From contig NW_015172034.1 of assembly GCF_001447785.1 (NCBI RefSeq), positions 62,211-126,210 on the forward strand: 64,000 bases of DNA, in the 5' to 3' direction. The translations under genes were made by a program, and so were the position numbers. Shown here piece after piece: positions 12,101-24,631 of the stretch. This DNA is from Gekko japonicus (lineage: Eukaryota). Below the pieces are notes generated by a model that worked only from the letters and a program-made list of their open reading frames with translations, was not told the DNA's origin and did no database searches. Position 1 is the first letter of the stretch; the number at the start of each line of letters is the position of its first letter.

Positions 12101-15100
12101 AAGCCTTGCTTCCACTGCACTCCATCCATTGTGGGCACAACCTCCTACTATGGAGCATACTGTTCTGGCATTAGGTACGTTTCAACTCACTGAAAGACAC
12201 TGCTCTTGCATGAGTGGAAGCACTTAGGTAGGGGTGCATGCTTGGTATATACCGAGCTGAATAAATACTGAATGAATACGAATGAAAGTAAATTATTTAA
12301 AGTTTAAATGCTTTCCTTTCCCTCCCATAGTCGCACCACAGTGGCAGCACGACCAGGAGGTAAGGAAAGGTATTTAGACTTTAAATCATTTCCCATCCCT
12401 CACAGAGCCAATCTGGGAGGGAAGGAAAGGCATTTAAACTTTGAATCACTTCCCTTCACTTGCCGAGTCATGCTGCGGCACAAATACCCTATGGGGACTG
12501 TCCCCACGGGGTATAATGGAGCCGAATAAATTCAAGTTTCCCAAACATTTACCTGAATACCAGTGAAATACCGATACTGGTATTTAGGAATATTCAGGAA
12601 CACTGATATTTTTCAGGTTCAATAGACCTGAACTGGAAAAAAAACTCAATTTTTTTTGCACACCCAGTTACACTTCGTTCCAAAATAGGACTATTCCATA
12701 ACATAAATGGTCATATCATAAGTGGAAGCAAGACTTATGATCCAGACCCATATTCAATTCCAATTTCCAATAACCTTTATTGGCATAACCCAGACCCATA
12801 TATTGTGGCAGCAAATTCCATACACTATGATGCATCTTGTGACAAAGTTCTTTACTTCCTTTGTCCAGAATCTATTGTTCAATTTCAATAGGTGATCAAG
12901 TTTTTGTATTATGAGAGGAAGCAGAAAAGAAATCAGCATTAAATTTCTTCACACCATGCATGATTTTATAAACTGCAACCACATACAGTTTTAGTTCTGA
13001 ACTGAAGACCCACAAATGCTGTAGTTCTTCCTTACATGGAAGGCTGAAACTGCTGACCACTTGGTTGTCCTCTTCCAGCTCTACAGCATCTTTCAACTAG
13101 AACTGTACCCATTCCAAATACAGTTGGAACACACACACACACACTTTTAGGCATTATGATGGCAGTTTTATTCTCAGTTCCTTTCCTAATATCCATAAAG
13201 CAGATTTTGCCTTTTTCAAAGTTGCCACACACTGACTCATTGTTTTCATACAGATCCTAAGCACTCTCTCTTGGTTCATCACTGACAGTTCAGACTCCCA
13301 TCAGTTTATGGAGACTATTTGGTGGCAGCAATACCGGCATTTACACAAAGAGCAACTGGGGCCCTTTCTACAATACAGGCCAAGTTCCAATCTAATTTCT
13401 GCACCATTAGAAATGGCTGACAACATAGAATTCTTTAGTCATGGCTAATGCTACAGATCTTAGAGAAAAGAACAAAGTCTCATATTATACACAAGTGAGA
13501 AATACTACCCAGGTCCCATGGTACTCTTGCCCATCAGAAGAACATGCATGCCCTCTGGAAGAGGAACAGTCTACATAGGCCTCTCTAAGAGAGAAACACA
13601 CCACCCTTAAAGAGTTTGCATTAGAAATATGCTCACCGATTCCAGAAGATTGTGACGGCTGACTTTAAGAGTAACCTTGGAGTGGGGTCTCTTCATGTGC
13701 ACCTGACGCAGCTCCCTCTGGAAAAAGTTTACTTTGTCCTGAAAAGTCTCTGAACCTCCTGAAACCAATAAATCCTATGGTCATATCTCGATTAGCAAAA
13801 AAACACTAGCATCAAGACTGTATTACCAGTCTTTTGTTGCTGAAGATTGTGGTCTGCTATGGAGACCCGTAACACAGCATTTGTGCTTCTTCTCAGGCTT
13901 ATGTTTACAGCTAGTCAATTCCACAAGCTCCCAGATCACAACAATTTTATCAAACCGTCCCCAAAAGGCTCACAACCTCAATAACAAAGGTTCTGAGAAA
14001 ACAAGAGAGGGCTAAATGTACTAAAAATGTAAGCATTATTTCATAATGCCCATCCCCTCTCCACCCACTCGAACTTGCTTGCCTCACTACTCTCTCCCTT
14101 TCCCCACACTTATATTCTTGCACGCATCCCAGCGCCTTCTCACACATATGCAGTGGCTCCACATTCAAAAGCTCTATTCACCCTCTCCCATCCCAAGACC
14201 ACAAAAGGAAGTCAGACATTAAAAAAGGAGAGAATGGATAATATAAACACTATGTACAGATTTGTTGCAATTGTGCCAAATCCTTCAAAAGAATACCAAT
14301 GAAACAAATGAACTGGAAAGCTGAGGGAGATGGCTTGGGGCTCTCTAGTCACTTGAACAGTCCTAAATTAAGCTAAACTACCATTTCAGTAACAAGACTG
14401 TGTTAGACACTGTGTAAAACACAAAAGTGATGCAGTCCCCAAGGAGACTGCTTGCAGTCTATACCAAGCTTTAAAAAAACCTTGCTAGAAGCTGTGTCAT
14501 TATTTTATGCCAGCTAGGATGCATTAGAGACTAAGCCAGGGATCTCCCAACGTGATGCCCTTGGAAACCATGGTGCCCACAGACACCTTTCCTGGTGCCA
14601 GCCAAGAGTTCTAAAAAGTGGGTGGGGCTTTTGCCCAGCAGGGCTTTTGATAAGTTGTGTATATGCAAGAAAATACTTTAAAACAATATGTTCATTTAAA
14701 AAGGCATCCTGTTAAACAAAGGATCTGCCTGAAATGTTAAAGAGTTATGCAAAACTTCACTCCCTGGTATTTTGTGGTTCCCTCGGCCTCCTGCAGCACC
14801 AATTATGTGGTTGTGCCCACCACCCTGTGTCGGAACTTGAAAGGTGCACGCTGGCTAGAAAAGGTTGGGAACCCCCAGACTTAGAAGTTTATACCCCTTA
14901 CTCTCTTTACCTATATTTTTATGTAGAGAGCGAATGAAAGTGGCTGCCAGGATGTTCCTCTCCTTGCAACTGAGCTCCACGGGGGGCTGTATCCCATCAT
15001 CCACCACCAGTGTCAGCAGCTTGTGCACAGGATCAGGCCCATGGTAAGAAAACTAGCAGCAAAGAGATGCAGGAAAGGGGTGAAACCATCATTCACCAGA

Positions 15101-18100
15101 AGAGCACAGCACATGGATTAGATATAGTAAGATCGCCCTCTGTGCATATTCCCTTGCCCTTCCTTCCACTCAGAACCAAAGCTACTGTCAAGCATCCAGC
15201 TAAGGTGTCCTGCATGAAGCAGAGTTGATACAAGCAACAAGGCTCAGTGCAAGAGGGACCAGAGCTAGATGTTCATGGGGACAGGAGAGAAAATTATAAA
15301 GACAGAAAATGAAAATTATGACCGGGAGCAGAATGCAGTATAAATGGAAACCACAGCAGGCTCCCAAGCTTTATGCAAATGTGACAACCCATTTCAAATG
15401 TCTGTGATTCTGGTTGATAAATGGGAACAGTGCATTCTCCCCAAAGCCCCTTCTTCAAAACAGACATCAAAACCCTCCACTCAGCACCTGGGAATTTCAA
15501 AAACTCACCTTGGTTCCGGGGCACACTCTGAAGGTAAAGAGGCGCCACGGAATGATCTTCAAGTAGAATTCCTTTACGGAGAATTGCTGTGAAGGCAAAG
15601 AAAGCCATTCATGGTATCATGAATGCAGTACTACAAAAAAGTTCAAAAACGGGCAAGCCCAAAGAGAAAACCTTTTGTAACAGACGAAAATGATTTTCAC
15701 AGGTCTGGGCTGCATCAACTCTTCACAATGTTTGTATCTCCCTTCCATTAAGCTATGAAAAGAAAGGAAAAGATTGGGGGGGGGGACCTTTTGTATAGTA
15801 TACAACAGCAGTGCCCGCTCTGCAATGATTAGGCAGTTAGGGTGGAAGCTCCCCCACCCCAAGAAACCTGAGTTGCATGAAACTCTTTGCCTGTATGCCC
15901 TGGGTTAGTATTTTTCCAAAGTGCTCTGCCTGCCCTTGCAAACTTCGTGAACTTTTGACACCTCAGCAACATCTCACACTTTAGCTTTCAATTCTTTTCT
16001 AGTAGGCATGATACCAAATCCTACCAATTGCTCACGATTGTATTTTTTTTGCAGCAATCAAAAGACTAGTGTTTTATTTATAATGTTCTTATGGCATTCG
16101 TTCCCCAATTAACACAAAAATACACATTGCAGGTTTGTGAACGGCAAATAATTTAGTGCAACAGAAGACACTTTACTTCTCATGTTCTCTTAACCTTTTG
16201 GACCAACATGGCAGCGACTGTCTAAACTGTAACTACCACACTCAGCCCCAGTTCAAGTATATGGTTAGATACAAGGAAGGTATGGACAGTTTAAATTTTA
16301 GCATCTTGAAAAAATTCCCAAGGGGTTTTACAGCACTACGGATGATTTCCCACAAAGCAGTAGTCAGCAATCAGACTGAAATGATTTTTGATTCGTTAAC
16401 AGTAGCCATACACAATGACAATAGTAGGAGCTGTGCAGAAAACTGTTGCTGCTTCCTCAGATATATTCTTACCTTGGGTGAAACATAGCAATACACTTTT
16501 TTGGGTTTCTTCACTTTCTCAGGGGTCTGGCTATCAGACGGAGAGTCCTCATCCTCATCTTCAGTAGCGGTGGAAGGGCGGCGCTGAGAAGCACCCAAGT
16601 GGAGGGGTGGAAGGTGCCACTGTGTGTTGGCATCGCTACTAGCATTATAGAGATAGGCCTCAAAGTAGATACTGACCCCTGAGGTAGAAACATTTCGTTC
16701 TACAATATTCTTCTCATTCTCTGCAACATACAAACAGTTGAGTGTAAAGCCTAATATGGCTAAAACTCACAAAGTCTTATCAATACATTTATTTTTATTC
16801 ATTTACAACATTTATTTCCCGCCTTTCTGCCCTTACGAGGGCCACCAAGGCAGCCATGAAATGGCCCTATACTGGATCAAGGTCATATAAATCATATTGT
16901 CTACCAAATGCACATTAAATTGAACCAAGGACCTTCTGCACACAAAGCAGATGGCTTTACTGCTAAGCACCCCACACAAACAAACAGGCTGGACTTTTAA
17001 GCTTGATGGCTGAGAGATCACTTATCTAAACGCATCCACAATTTATTTATTTATTTATGTTTATTTTAGTAGACATTTACCCCGCCCTCCTGGCAAAGCT
17101 GGCTCAGGGCGGCTCACAACAATATAAAACAATACAATATAAATATAAGTTATAAAATCCATTAAACAAAAATTCTAAAACCATATATATCATAACATAC
17201 TAAAGTGCTAGTAGTGATTCCTCAGCAGACAGTCAGTCCCTTGATCTTCAGTTATTCAGGCAATCAGGTCGGGCGGTAGTTGGGGATCCAGAGGGGTCAG
17301 GCTCAGGCTATCGGGAATCAGTGATGGTCGGCGGTGGCAGCAGCTCCAAAAGCCTGGTGGAAGAGCTCCGTTTTACAGGCCCTGCAGAACTGCAACAGGT
17401 CCCACAAGGCCCTGATTCGCTACCCTGGCCTCCTTAATGTTCGGGAGGGCCAGGTGATTCTGGGTCCCCATTCGAAGTGCTCTCTGGGGAACATATGGGG
17501 AAAGGCAGTCCCTCAGGTATGCAGGTCTCTGGCCATAAAGGGCTTTAAAGGTCATAACCAGCACCTTGAAATGAATCCGGTATGCGATAGGCAGCCAGTG
17601 CAGCGCGTTTAGCACAGGTTGGATGTGCTCCCGTATAGGGAGGCTCATCAGCAACCTGGCCACGGCATTCTGCACCAGCTGCAGCTTCTGGATTTGGGAC
17701 AAGGGCAGCCCCATGTAGACGGCATTACAGTAATCCAATCTTGAGGTGACCATTGCATGGATCACTGTTGCCAAGTAGTTGCATTCGAGGAAGGGAGCCA
17801 ACTGCCTGATCAGCCTGAGATGGTAAAAGGCCGACTTGGCAGTGGCTGCTACCTGGGCCTCCATTGTTAAGGAGGCATCTAGGAGCACTCCCAAACTCTT
17901 AACCTCCGGCACTGGCACCAATGGCGCCCCATCGAAGGTCAGGAGTGGGATCCCTAACCCCAGACTGCTCCGACTCAGGCACAGGACCTCCGTCTTCGTC
18001 GGTTTCAATTTCAGCCAGCTCAGCCTAAGACAACCAGCCACAGCCTGTAACACCAGGTCTAGATCTTCCGGTTTGGAGTCGGACTGACTGTCCCAACAGC

Positions 18101-21100
18101 AGATAGAACTGGGTGTCATCCACGTACTGGTGACAACCCAGTCCATACCTTCGGGCAACCTGGGCAAGAGGGCGCATATAGATGTTGAAAAGCATTGGGG
18201 ACAGTATTGCCCCTTGGGGCACTCCACATTCCAGCGGGTGCCTTCGGGATAGCTGATCCCCTAGTGCCACTGTTTGTCCCGGCCTTGGAGAAAGGAAACA
18301 AGCCATTGCAGGGCTAGTCCCTGGACTCCAGTGTCGGCGAGGTGGTGATCAGTAGCTGATGGTCGACCGTATTGAATGTGGCCGACAGGTCTAACAGCAA
18401 CAGCACTGCTGATCCGCCTTGATCCAGATGCCTTCGGAGGTAATCCGTGAGGGCGACAAGTGCCGTCTCCGTCCCGTGACCTGGGCGAAAGCCAGAGTGA
18501 AAGGGGTCTAATATGGAAGCATCATCCAAAAAGTCCTGTAACTGACTTGCCACTGCCCTCTCTATTATCTTGCCCAGGTAGGGCAAGTTGGGAACCGGCC
18601 GATAGTTGGCCAATTCAGCCGGATCCAGAGATGGCTTTTTCAGGAGAGGGTGCACCACTGCTTCCTTAAGCACCTCCAGGAATAGCCCCTCAGTGAGGGA
18701 CTTGTTAATTATCTCCTGCAGGGCAACTTGAAACCCCTCATGGCCAGCTTTAATTAGCCAGGAAGGGCAGAGATTTAGGGGGCATGTGGCAGGGCGTACA
18801 GTTAGGAGCAGTTTGTCAACTTCCTCAAGGCTGAGCGGGCTGAAATAATCCAGAATGTGACTAGAAGACATGCATGGAGCCTCGAGTTCATTCACTGTAT
18901 CAGTGTAAACAAACCTAGTTCGCCAACATCATATGAGGCTGTGTGGGTTCCCTCGCTTTAAAGAAATGGCACGTCACATTCATATCTGAAAACGCTGAGA
19001 ACCTTTTAGACAAACTAATTTAGACAAAATGCCAAATCAAGGTTTGGCACTATATGAGCAAAACTTGGGCTCACTCACATGACCTCTCCTCTCCAGGGAA
19101 ACATAAGGCAATGAGTCTCTTCCTTGTTTGTGGTGAATCAGTTTGCTGTTACATCAGAGCTGGTTTGTTGTTGCCCTGCAAAAGGAGGACTGCAAACTAA
19201 GAACAAAGCATGTTTTGGAATCCTGGTCTGCAGGGCAAGCACAAACTACAGCTTGCCAGTTTAAATTTCTGACCCAAGGCTATATGGGCAATATAGGGCT
19301 TACCTTTAAAGCCCTATATGGTCAGGGTCCGACCTACCTGAGGAACCGCCTTTCCCCACACATACCCCCACGAGCACTTAGGTCTGGGACACAACATTGC
19401 CTGGTGATTCCAGGCCCCACGGAGGCAAGGCTTGCCACGACCAGGGCCAGATCTTTTTCAGTGGCGGCTCCTACCTGGTGGAACAAGCTCCTGGAGATCA
19501 GGGCCCTGCGGGACCTTCTGCAGTTCCGCAGGGCCTGTAAGACGAAGCTCTTCCACCAGGCTTTTACGTAGGGGCCGCCACTGCCACCGCCACAAACGGC
19601 ATAGGTAATAACGGGGCTAGGGGGGACGGTTCCTGGAAGATCTGCCAGGATACTGCGTGGCACCGTATACCAACTTGGTTGTACATCAACTACAGGACAA
19701 CACCACCTTATGAAAGACTGATACTATCTTGTAATTTTATTCGCTGACCATCTTGTTTCTTACTGAGCACCTTATTTGTGTTGATAATTACTGGTTTTAT
19801 TGTTTTTATGTTTTTATGCGTGGGCACTTGTTGCTCTTTGTAAGCCGCCCTGAGCCCGCTTGCAGGGAGGGCGGGATATAAATGCTAAAATAAATAAATA
19901 AATCCTTCCTTATGGGAGGGAACTAATGCTGAATTTGTGCTACAAAGGGAGAAGACAAACCAAAATTTCCCCTACCCCTGATGGCTTTAGATATTCTTCA
20001 GATTTAGTTCTCTGGACAGTTTCACCAGGATTACTTACTATTCATACATTATCAAAAGCTAAGCATAGAAAAAAACTAAAGATATCAGAACTCATTCACT
20101 TCCCTAACAGACTATATTTCATGTTTTTAGTGTTTTCAAAAATAACTGAATACAGATATATAAAACAGATGTCACATACAAAAAAAGTAGGTGGTTCTAC
20201 AGGACTGATCAAAGTCCCCCTCACCAAGAGATTCCCTATTCTTCAGGAAAGTATCAGAATCACTCCACCTCCCTCCAAAACTATGTCTAAAAGGTATGGT
20301 TCCCTTGTACTGATGTGGAATAGCCACCAGTACTACACCTGGGGCAAGCATGTGAACTGTATTATAGGAAGAAAAACAAATATATGGTAAAGCATCTCCC
20401 AAGTTCCCCCTTCTACCCAGCCTAGCCCCAAAGAACAGTAAATGGGGACTAATCCTTCACCAAAGATAGCACTAGGGCTCAAAGCCCAACCCTCCTTTGT
20501 TGCCAAAAGGATTGCAAGAATGAGAGATGGATGTAGTCAGAAGACAGGTTCCCTCCATACCTCATTTTTCTTTCTCCTCTCACCCCCTACTTCCTCAGTG
20601 GATTTTTATGAGTGAGCCACGTGCCATGTATCATATTTTTGTTGACACTTTAAGTTACTCTGTAGATCCACAGAAGTGTAAGAGGAAATATGTGCAAACA
20701 CAAGATGTATAATGACACTATAACAAAAAGGCATGATATCTACATGGCTTTTAGACTGGAGAATCTTCCCTACCCCATGTGCACTATAATGAAAACCACC
20801 CTGCCATGGGGATTTTTGGCTTCGTCTAACCTCAGCTTTCAACTACAACTGAATTCGTTCAAAAAACCCAATTCCACATGTTCACAAACCACTGCCATTC
20901 TTTGGGAGTTCTAAAAACAATAAAGGCAAAAGGGGAGCACAGTCTGGCTATATTTCCTTTAATATTATATTAAAATATACTTCTTCTGGGGTACACTATT
21001 TTTCTTATCTGTACAAAGATCGTTTTAAGATTGCATTTCAGATGTCAGTATAAAATAATACCTCTAAATTTGATCCTTATTTATTTTTGGCCTTACAACA

Positions 21101-24100
21101 CAATGGAAGAGAAGCTGCAGATCAGACAGACAGAGCTCACTCCAGGAACAGCAATTATGCTCAAATTGCATTGAAATCAACATTAGCAATGGTTAAATAC
21201 TTAGTAAGGTGCTTAAGGGACTTGGCAACTAAAAGCTTCATTTTTTTTCCTTTGAAAAAGAAAAACAGCTTGGGGAGAAGAAAACATGGAGCCGTGAAAT
21301 AGTGAGGGGAAAGGGAGTAATTAGCCGTTTTCCCTCCAGCCATTTCTCCATTCCAAACTGCCTACCACTGAAATAAGTATTTAATGAAAAGGTTTTGGAG
21401 CACTGTTTAAACACACATGCACACAATGTGTAGTTAAGGAAAATATTTTGCTTGAAGTGATGGAGAATGCACTTTACCAGTGTCTCACAACAGTAAATTC
21501 TTTATTCTTTGGCTCACTCAGGTATATAACTGAGTGAATCCTTGTTCAATAATGGTTTTGCAAGGGTTCTCTATTTGCCCTCCTTTACCAGCAATACATC
21601 CCCGAAATCAAAGGGACAACAGTGGGTTCCACAAAACTCTCATTTCCATGAGAAACCACACTTCCAAGAGAGAGTGCCTGTTAGCATGGCACAGTAGCTA
21701 GAATGTTAGGTTTGGAAGGGAAACACGGGTTTGAAACTCCATTCAGTTATTAAACCCACTTGGTTGACTTGGGTAAGTCACTACCTCTCAGGCTTAGTTG
21801 CCTTACAGATTTGCTGCATTACTGTAGTGTCAGATCTTTCAAGGAAGAGTGCTATATAAATGCAGTAAATAAAAATCCATTGTAAATGCTCTAGTAGATA
21901 ACAGCATTATGTGGAAGAATTGAAATGTAGGTGACTGTAATGTTCTCAACTTACCACTCAAAACAATGATATCAAACTCGCCATTGCTAATAGGCTGGTT
22001 TTGGTAGGAGATGCAGGCACGGAAACACCCCCTACGGAGTAGGATGAGTCTCAAGAAAACCTGACAAGTCTTTTGATTTGAAACCACAGACTTTTCAAAC
22101 AAAACATCAGAAGACTCTTCTTCTTGGGGACCAAGCTAGATAAAACAAAAAGTATTTTATTAGGCTAAATAGGTGTGTTGCATACCCTGAAAAGGCAGAA
22201 GGGGACACAATCTTGCTTACCTCATGGATGGAAAGGCTGTAATTGTGCTCATCTATGAGTGATATTGAGTTACTGGTGGGATTATCATATTCATCTCTGG
22301 GGACTATCTGTAAAGTGTGTGGCTCCCCACAAGTCAGCACCAGAGTGGAGAAATGGCAAACAATTTTGGTTTTGGATGGAACCACCATCCCTGCAGAAAA
22401 GAAAAAAACTGATTTATCATCACACTGGTGTTGTAAGAGACAGTCAAAGGGAATTACTCAAACATTAATAACACAAAATAAAAAGATCGCCTAAGTTTAG
22501 AATCCCGCCTATCACAGAACGGTGTCAAGAGCTAGGCAGGACCATGGCCTCCTACTTGGGGAAGACTAAACATGGTCTACCATTGAAGTTAATGCCTGAT
22601 CCTCTTGGAGCTTTCAGCTGGTACTACTAATTCTCTATGGGAAAAAGTAACGTGTTTCATACAGTTTTATTTGATTACTCACTATTGCGACAAGTGTGTG
22701 CTATTGTATTTAACAACACATTTTGATTCATAAATCCAACTGGCAGCATGCATGGCTGGTCTTCATTTCACCAGAATCCCGAAGACAGCCTGCGGCATTA
22801 TAACCTACCCACAGTGGACCACAACATAGCACTCTAAATAAGTAGAGCACAAATAGTAATGGGGCATATAATCTATGTCAAGCTTTTCTTTCTATGTCTT
22901 GCCTTGGTATTAGCCCACCTAGGCCTTACCTGGCTGAAAGACTTTGTAGTAAGGGCTATATGCCACATTCAATCCCCCAATTTTCACACTGATCTCATAG
23001 CGCCCAGCCTTGCGCACAGTGAATGCCACCTTCACCACATTCGAATTGGGATCCTGAAGTACTTCTTGGGTCACTGGAATATCCATTGCTAGCTCCACAT
23101 GGCAGATATGAATTCGTAACCCCACAGGGCGGTGAGCAGGGAAGGGCTGGCCATTCTTGTAGAACAACTGCATAACGAATTAAGAAGCCTGGATGAACAG
23201 GAAGCCACAGATATACTATGAACATAGTAAATGGTGCACCAGTGAAAAGGAAAGCATCTCAAAGCTCCATGTTGTGAATGGTGTCCCTTATTAAGATAAG
23301 GTATGGCATCTCCATCTCCAGGCTTCCAATATGCTTTGATAGAAGTGATTATACTATTTAAGAAAAAGAGATGACCTTCAACACAACTAAACTCCAAGCT
23401 GTATGCTTGCATATACAGCAATCTCAACAAAATTATGTCCAGAAGAAAAATGGATACAGCTAAATCTTATCAGGGAAACAATTAAGCTTAACTTGCCTGA
23501 ATATGGAAGTCCACACAAACTCACTACAAAAACATATGAGATGCCCCCTAGATATCTTTGAAGTCTTTGGTGATAATATACACGGAAGAAGAAGAGGAGG
23601 AGGAAGAGGAAGAAGAGATTGGATTTATAACCTCCCCTTCACTGAGAGTGGCTTACAAACTCCTTTCCCTTCCCCTCCCCACAACAGACACCCTGTGATG
23701 TAGGTGGGGCTGAGAGGGCTCTGACAGAAACTGCTCTTTTCAAGAACACCTCTGACAAAACTATGGCTTGCCCAAGGTCATCCAGCAGCTGCAAGTGTAG
23801 GAGTGGGGAATCAAACCTGGTTCTTCCAGATTAGAGTCCGCTCACTTAACTACTACACCAAACTGGCTCTCCAAGTTCATGAAAAAGTATAGCCTGTGTA
23901 ATAACTCCAATATAAAAAGCCACGTGGAGGAGGAAGGCACTGGAACAGGCCGCATACCCTAAACCCAATCCCCAAATTGTTGTGGAAACAGAAATATTCC
24001 CTTACATGCACTCGGAAGGCCATGCTGTGGCCCACCTCATAGGGGTCCTTCCAATCCCAGCAAACTTTGCAAGAGCGGGGGTCCAAGTAGTTGCCTCGCA

Positions 24101-24631
24101 CGTAGTCATAAATGGTCCGCTCCCCTCGGCGTTCCCGATCCTCATGCTGGAGGAAGCTGACTACACGTGCGGCAAGCTCAAAGAGGAACTTAATGGTGAA
24201 AAAGAAAGCTACCACAGACACTGTGATCCCACCTGTCACAAACAGAAAATATAGAGCAGTTAGAATTCAGAAAGATATGGAGAATTCACAAACACAGAGA
24301 CTGGGAACTGCATGATGCTCAGGGCTACTCAAGGCAGAATTCATAAACACTTAGAAGTCTCACAGAGAGAACAATTTCACCACACAGGACCTTTAAGGCA
24401 GGCTGAACAGCATATTCTGAGACACTGTGAAAGTGAAATGAATTGCCAATTACTTTATTATATTTTTTACTGGGGAAAGGGGAGAGATTTGGTTTTTCTG
24501 TTCTCTACCACCACAGTGTCTTGATCAGTCTCTTTTACCAGATTCTGATCCTATGAGTTAAAAGAAATCGACCTTGAAAAAATTGTGTCCTATGAACAGC
24601 TGATTCTTTGCTTACCAATAACGTAAAACAT
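3027..24631 (-). CDS. AREL1: Apoptosis-resistant E3 ubiquitin ligase 1 (filamin-like repeat + HECT domain), complete spliced CDS, 823 aa
   Basis: 18 exons with GT-AG boundaries and consistent phases (16+227+238+170+181+248+78+142+122+76+110+180+126+130+59+90+176+103 = 2472 nt). Reads MFYVIGGITVSVVAFFF...DWGGPRREWF...LPTAHTCFNQLCLP...CEGFGML*. Confidence 0.98.
3358..3533 (-). CDS. AREL1: AREL1 coding exon 17 (VMRWFW...TAHT-C)
   Basis: ctag| ... TG|gtgagt; HECT C-lobe motif LLQFTTGS. Confidence 0.97.
4015..4230 (-). mobile_element. Older Squam3/MIR-like SINE
   Basis: ttttatcctcacaacaaccctgt...aggtcacccagcaaac core, shared with 46630-46832 and 45283-45485. Confidence 0.7.
4512..4601 (-). CDS. 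AREL1: AREL1 coding exon 16 (LLMCGTG...FREK)
   Basis: ttcag| ... |gtaagt. Confidence 0.96.
5545..5736 (-). mobile_element. tRNA-derived SINE with CR1-like tail
   Basis: Reverse-complement homologue of 5929-6123. Confidence 0.7.
5929..6123 (+). mobile_element. tRNA-derived SINE with CR1-like tail
   Basis: GGGGCTGTAGCTCAGTGG A box, degenerate B box; 3' gatggaccaatggtctgattcag resembles the CR1 end at 556-600. Confidence 0.8.
6269..6327 (-). CDS. AREL1: AREL1 coding exon 15 (GLNELVP...NELE)
   Basis: ttcag| ... |gtaag; follows an 82-nt intron. Confidence 0.96.
6410..6539 (-). CDS. AREL1: AREL1 coding exon 14 (VVELVTGG...HFLK)
   Basis: ttcag| ... |gtaat. Confidence 0.96.
6672..6797 (-). CDS. 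AREL1: AREL1 coding exon 13 (YFETDDP...QLEK)
   Basis: ttag| ... |gtgag. Confidence 0.96.
6918..7097 (-). CDS. AREL1: AREL1 coding exon 12 (VHPNP...MHYK)
   Basis: atag| ... |gtgac; ORF 6885..7097. Confidence 0.97.
7631..7740 (-). CDS. AREL1: AREL1 coding exon 11 (LDWGGPRREWF...NQAL, HECT)
   Basis: gtag| ... |gtgag; ORF 7457..7768. Confidence 0.97.
8257..8332 (-). CDS. AREL1: AREL1 coding exon 10 (SLKATRN...QDEE)
   Basis: cctag| ... |gtgag; manual translation. Confidence 0.95.
8855..9006. mobile_element. Palindromic MITE (PIF/Harbinger-like)
   Basis: TIRs GGCT..GATCACACAC / GTGTGTGATCGCAGCC; flanked by TGA/TAA. Confidence 0.8.
9474..9918. mobile_element. CpG-rich non-autonomous Harbinger-like DNA transposon
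   Basis: Imperfect TIRs AGCCCCGGTCACACG / CATGTGGCAGGGACC; TAA TSD on both sides; multiple internal hairpins. Confidence 0.75.
10600..11830 (-). mobile_element. L2-type LINE 3' fragment interrupted by the CR1 copy
   Basis: ORF 11559..11783 (SLGVIL...AFYHL...LVPYL) resembles ORF 17373..18227; 3' tail at about 10600-10700. Confidence 0.75.
10826..11393 (-). mobile_element. CR1 LINE 3' end, same family as 1-602
   Basis: ORF 11042..11470 ([12 protein letters not shown]...WNSLPQEVV); (ATGTTCTT)n tail. Confidence 0.92.
11938..12025 (-). mobile_element. Penelope pLTR fragment
   Basis: gagtccagtggcacctttaagaccaa, reverse complement of the same family. Confidence 0.65.
12228..12668. mobile_element. 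Probable non-autonomous DNA element
   Basis: Termini TAGGGGTGCA / TGCACACCCAG; internal direct repeat of about 40 bp. Confidence 0.45.
12790..13310 (-). mobile_element. Old, degraded CR1 fragment
   Basis: VYKIMHG and IRKGTENKTA..IMP remnants. Confidence 0.7.
13637..13758 (-). CDS. AREL1: AREL1 coding exon 9 (GGSETFQDK...NLLES)
   Basis: ttcag| ... |gtgag; manual translation. Confidence 0.95.
14537..14878. mobile_element. hAT-like MITE
   Basis: Imperfect TIRs CAGGGATCTCCCAAC / GTTGGGAACCCCCAG; TSD not clear. Confidence 0.6.
14911..15052 (-). CDS. AREL1: AREL1 coding exon 8 (FSYHGPDP...LHKNI)
   Basis: ctag| ... |gtaaa; manual translation. Confidence 0.95.
15509..15586 (-). CDS. AREL1: AREL1 coding exon 7 (QFSVKEF...CPGTK)
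   Basis: cacag| ... |gtgag; manual translation. Confidence 0.95.
16473..16720 (-). CDS. AREL1: AREL1 coding exon 6 (ENEKNIV...YVSPK)
   Basis: gcag| ... |gtaag; ORF 16371..16733. Confidence 0.97.
17040..18900 (-). mobile_element. L2-type LINE, frameshifted RT domain and 3' tail
   Basis: NYRPV.NL, GFRPGHGTETAL, LLDLSA.F.TVDH, GVPQGAILSP, YVDD across ORFs 18314..18895, 18025..18306, 17373..18227; (TAAA)n tail. Confidence 0.92.
19300..19903 (+). mobile_element. L2-type LINE 3' fragment
   Basis: TFKALYGQGP.YL...RSFSVAAP..WN; ends (TAAA)n. Confidence 0.85.
21955..22135 (-). CDS. AREL1: AREL1 coding exon 5 (LGPQEEES...IIVLS)
   Basis: ctag| ... |gtaag; follows an 85-nt intron. Confidence 0.96.
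22221..22390 (-). CDS. AREL1: AREL1 coding exon 4 (MVVPSK...SIHE)
   Basis: ctgcag| ... |gtaag; ORF 22107..22388. Confidence 0.97.
22930..23167 (-). CDS. AREL1: AREL1 coding exon 3 (LFYKNG...FQPG, filamin-like repeat)
   Basis: gcag| ... |gtaag; ORF 22919..23173. Confidence 0.97.
23586..23871 (-). mobile_element. tRNA-derived squamate SINE (Squam3-like)
   Basis: Head AGAGCCAGTTTGGTGTAGTAGTTAAG...GGTTTGATTCCCC; (CTT)n tail; several copies in the window. Confidence 0.8.
24006..24232 (-). CDS. AREL1: AREL1 coding exon 2 (GGITV...FRVH)
   Basis: acag| ... |gtaag; matches ORF 23877..24239. Confidence 0.97.
24616..24631 (-). CDS. AREL1: AREL1 coding exon 1 (MFYVI-G); whole exon about 24616-24675
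   Basis: ATG TTT TAC GTT ATT G|gtaag; acceptor ttttttctcattccag at 24676. Confidence 0.93.

Noticed and set aside
17373-18895. Functional reverse transcriptase gene
   Set aside because: Split over three frames and 5'-truncated; dead L2 copy
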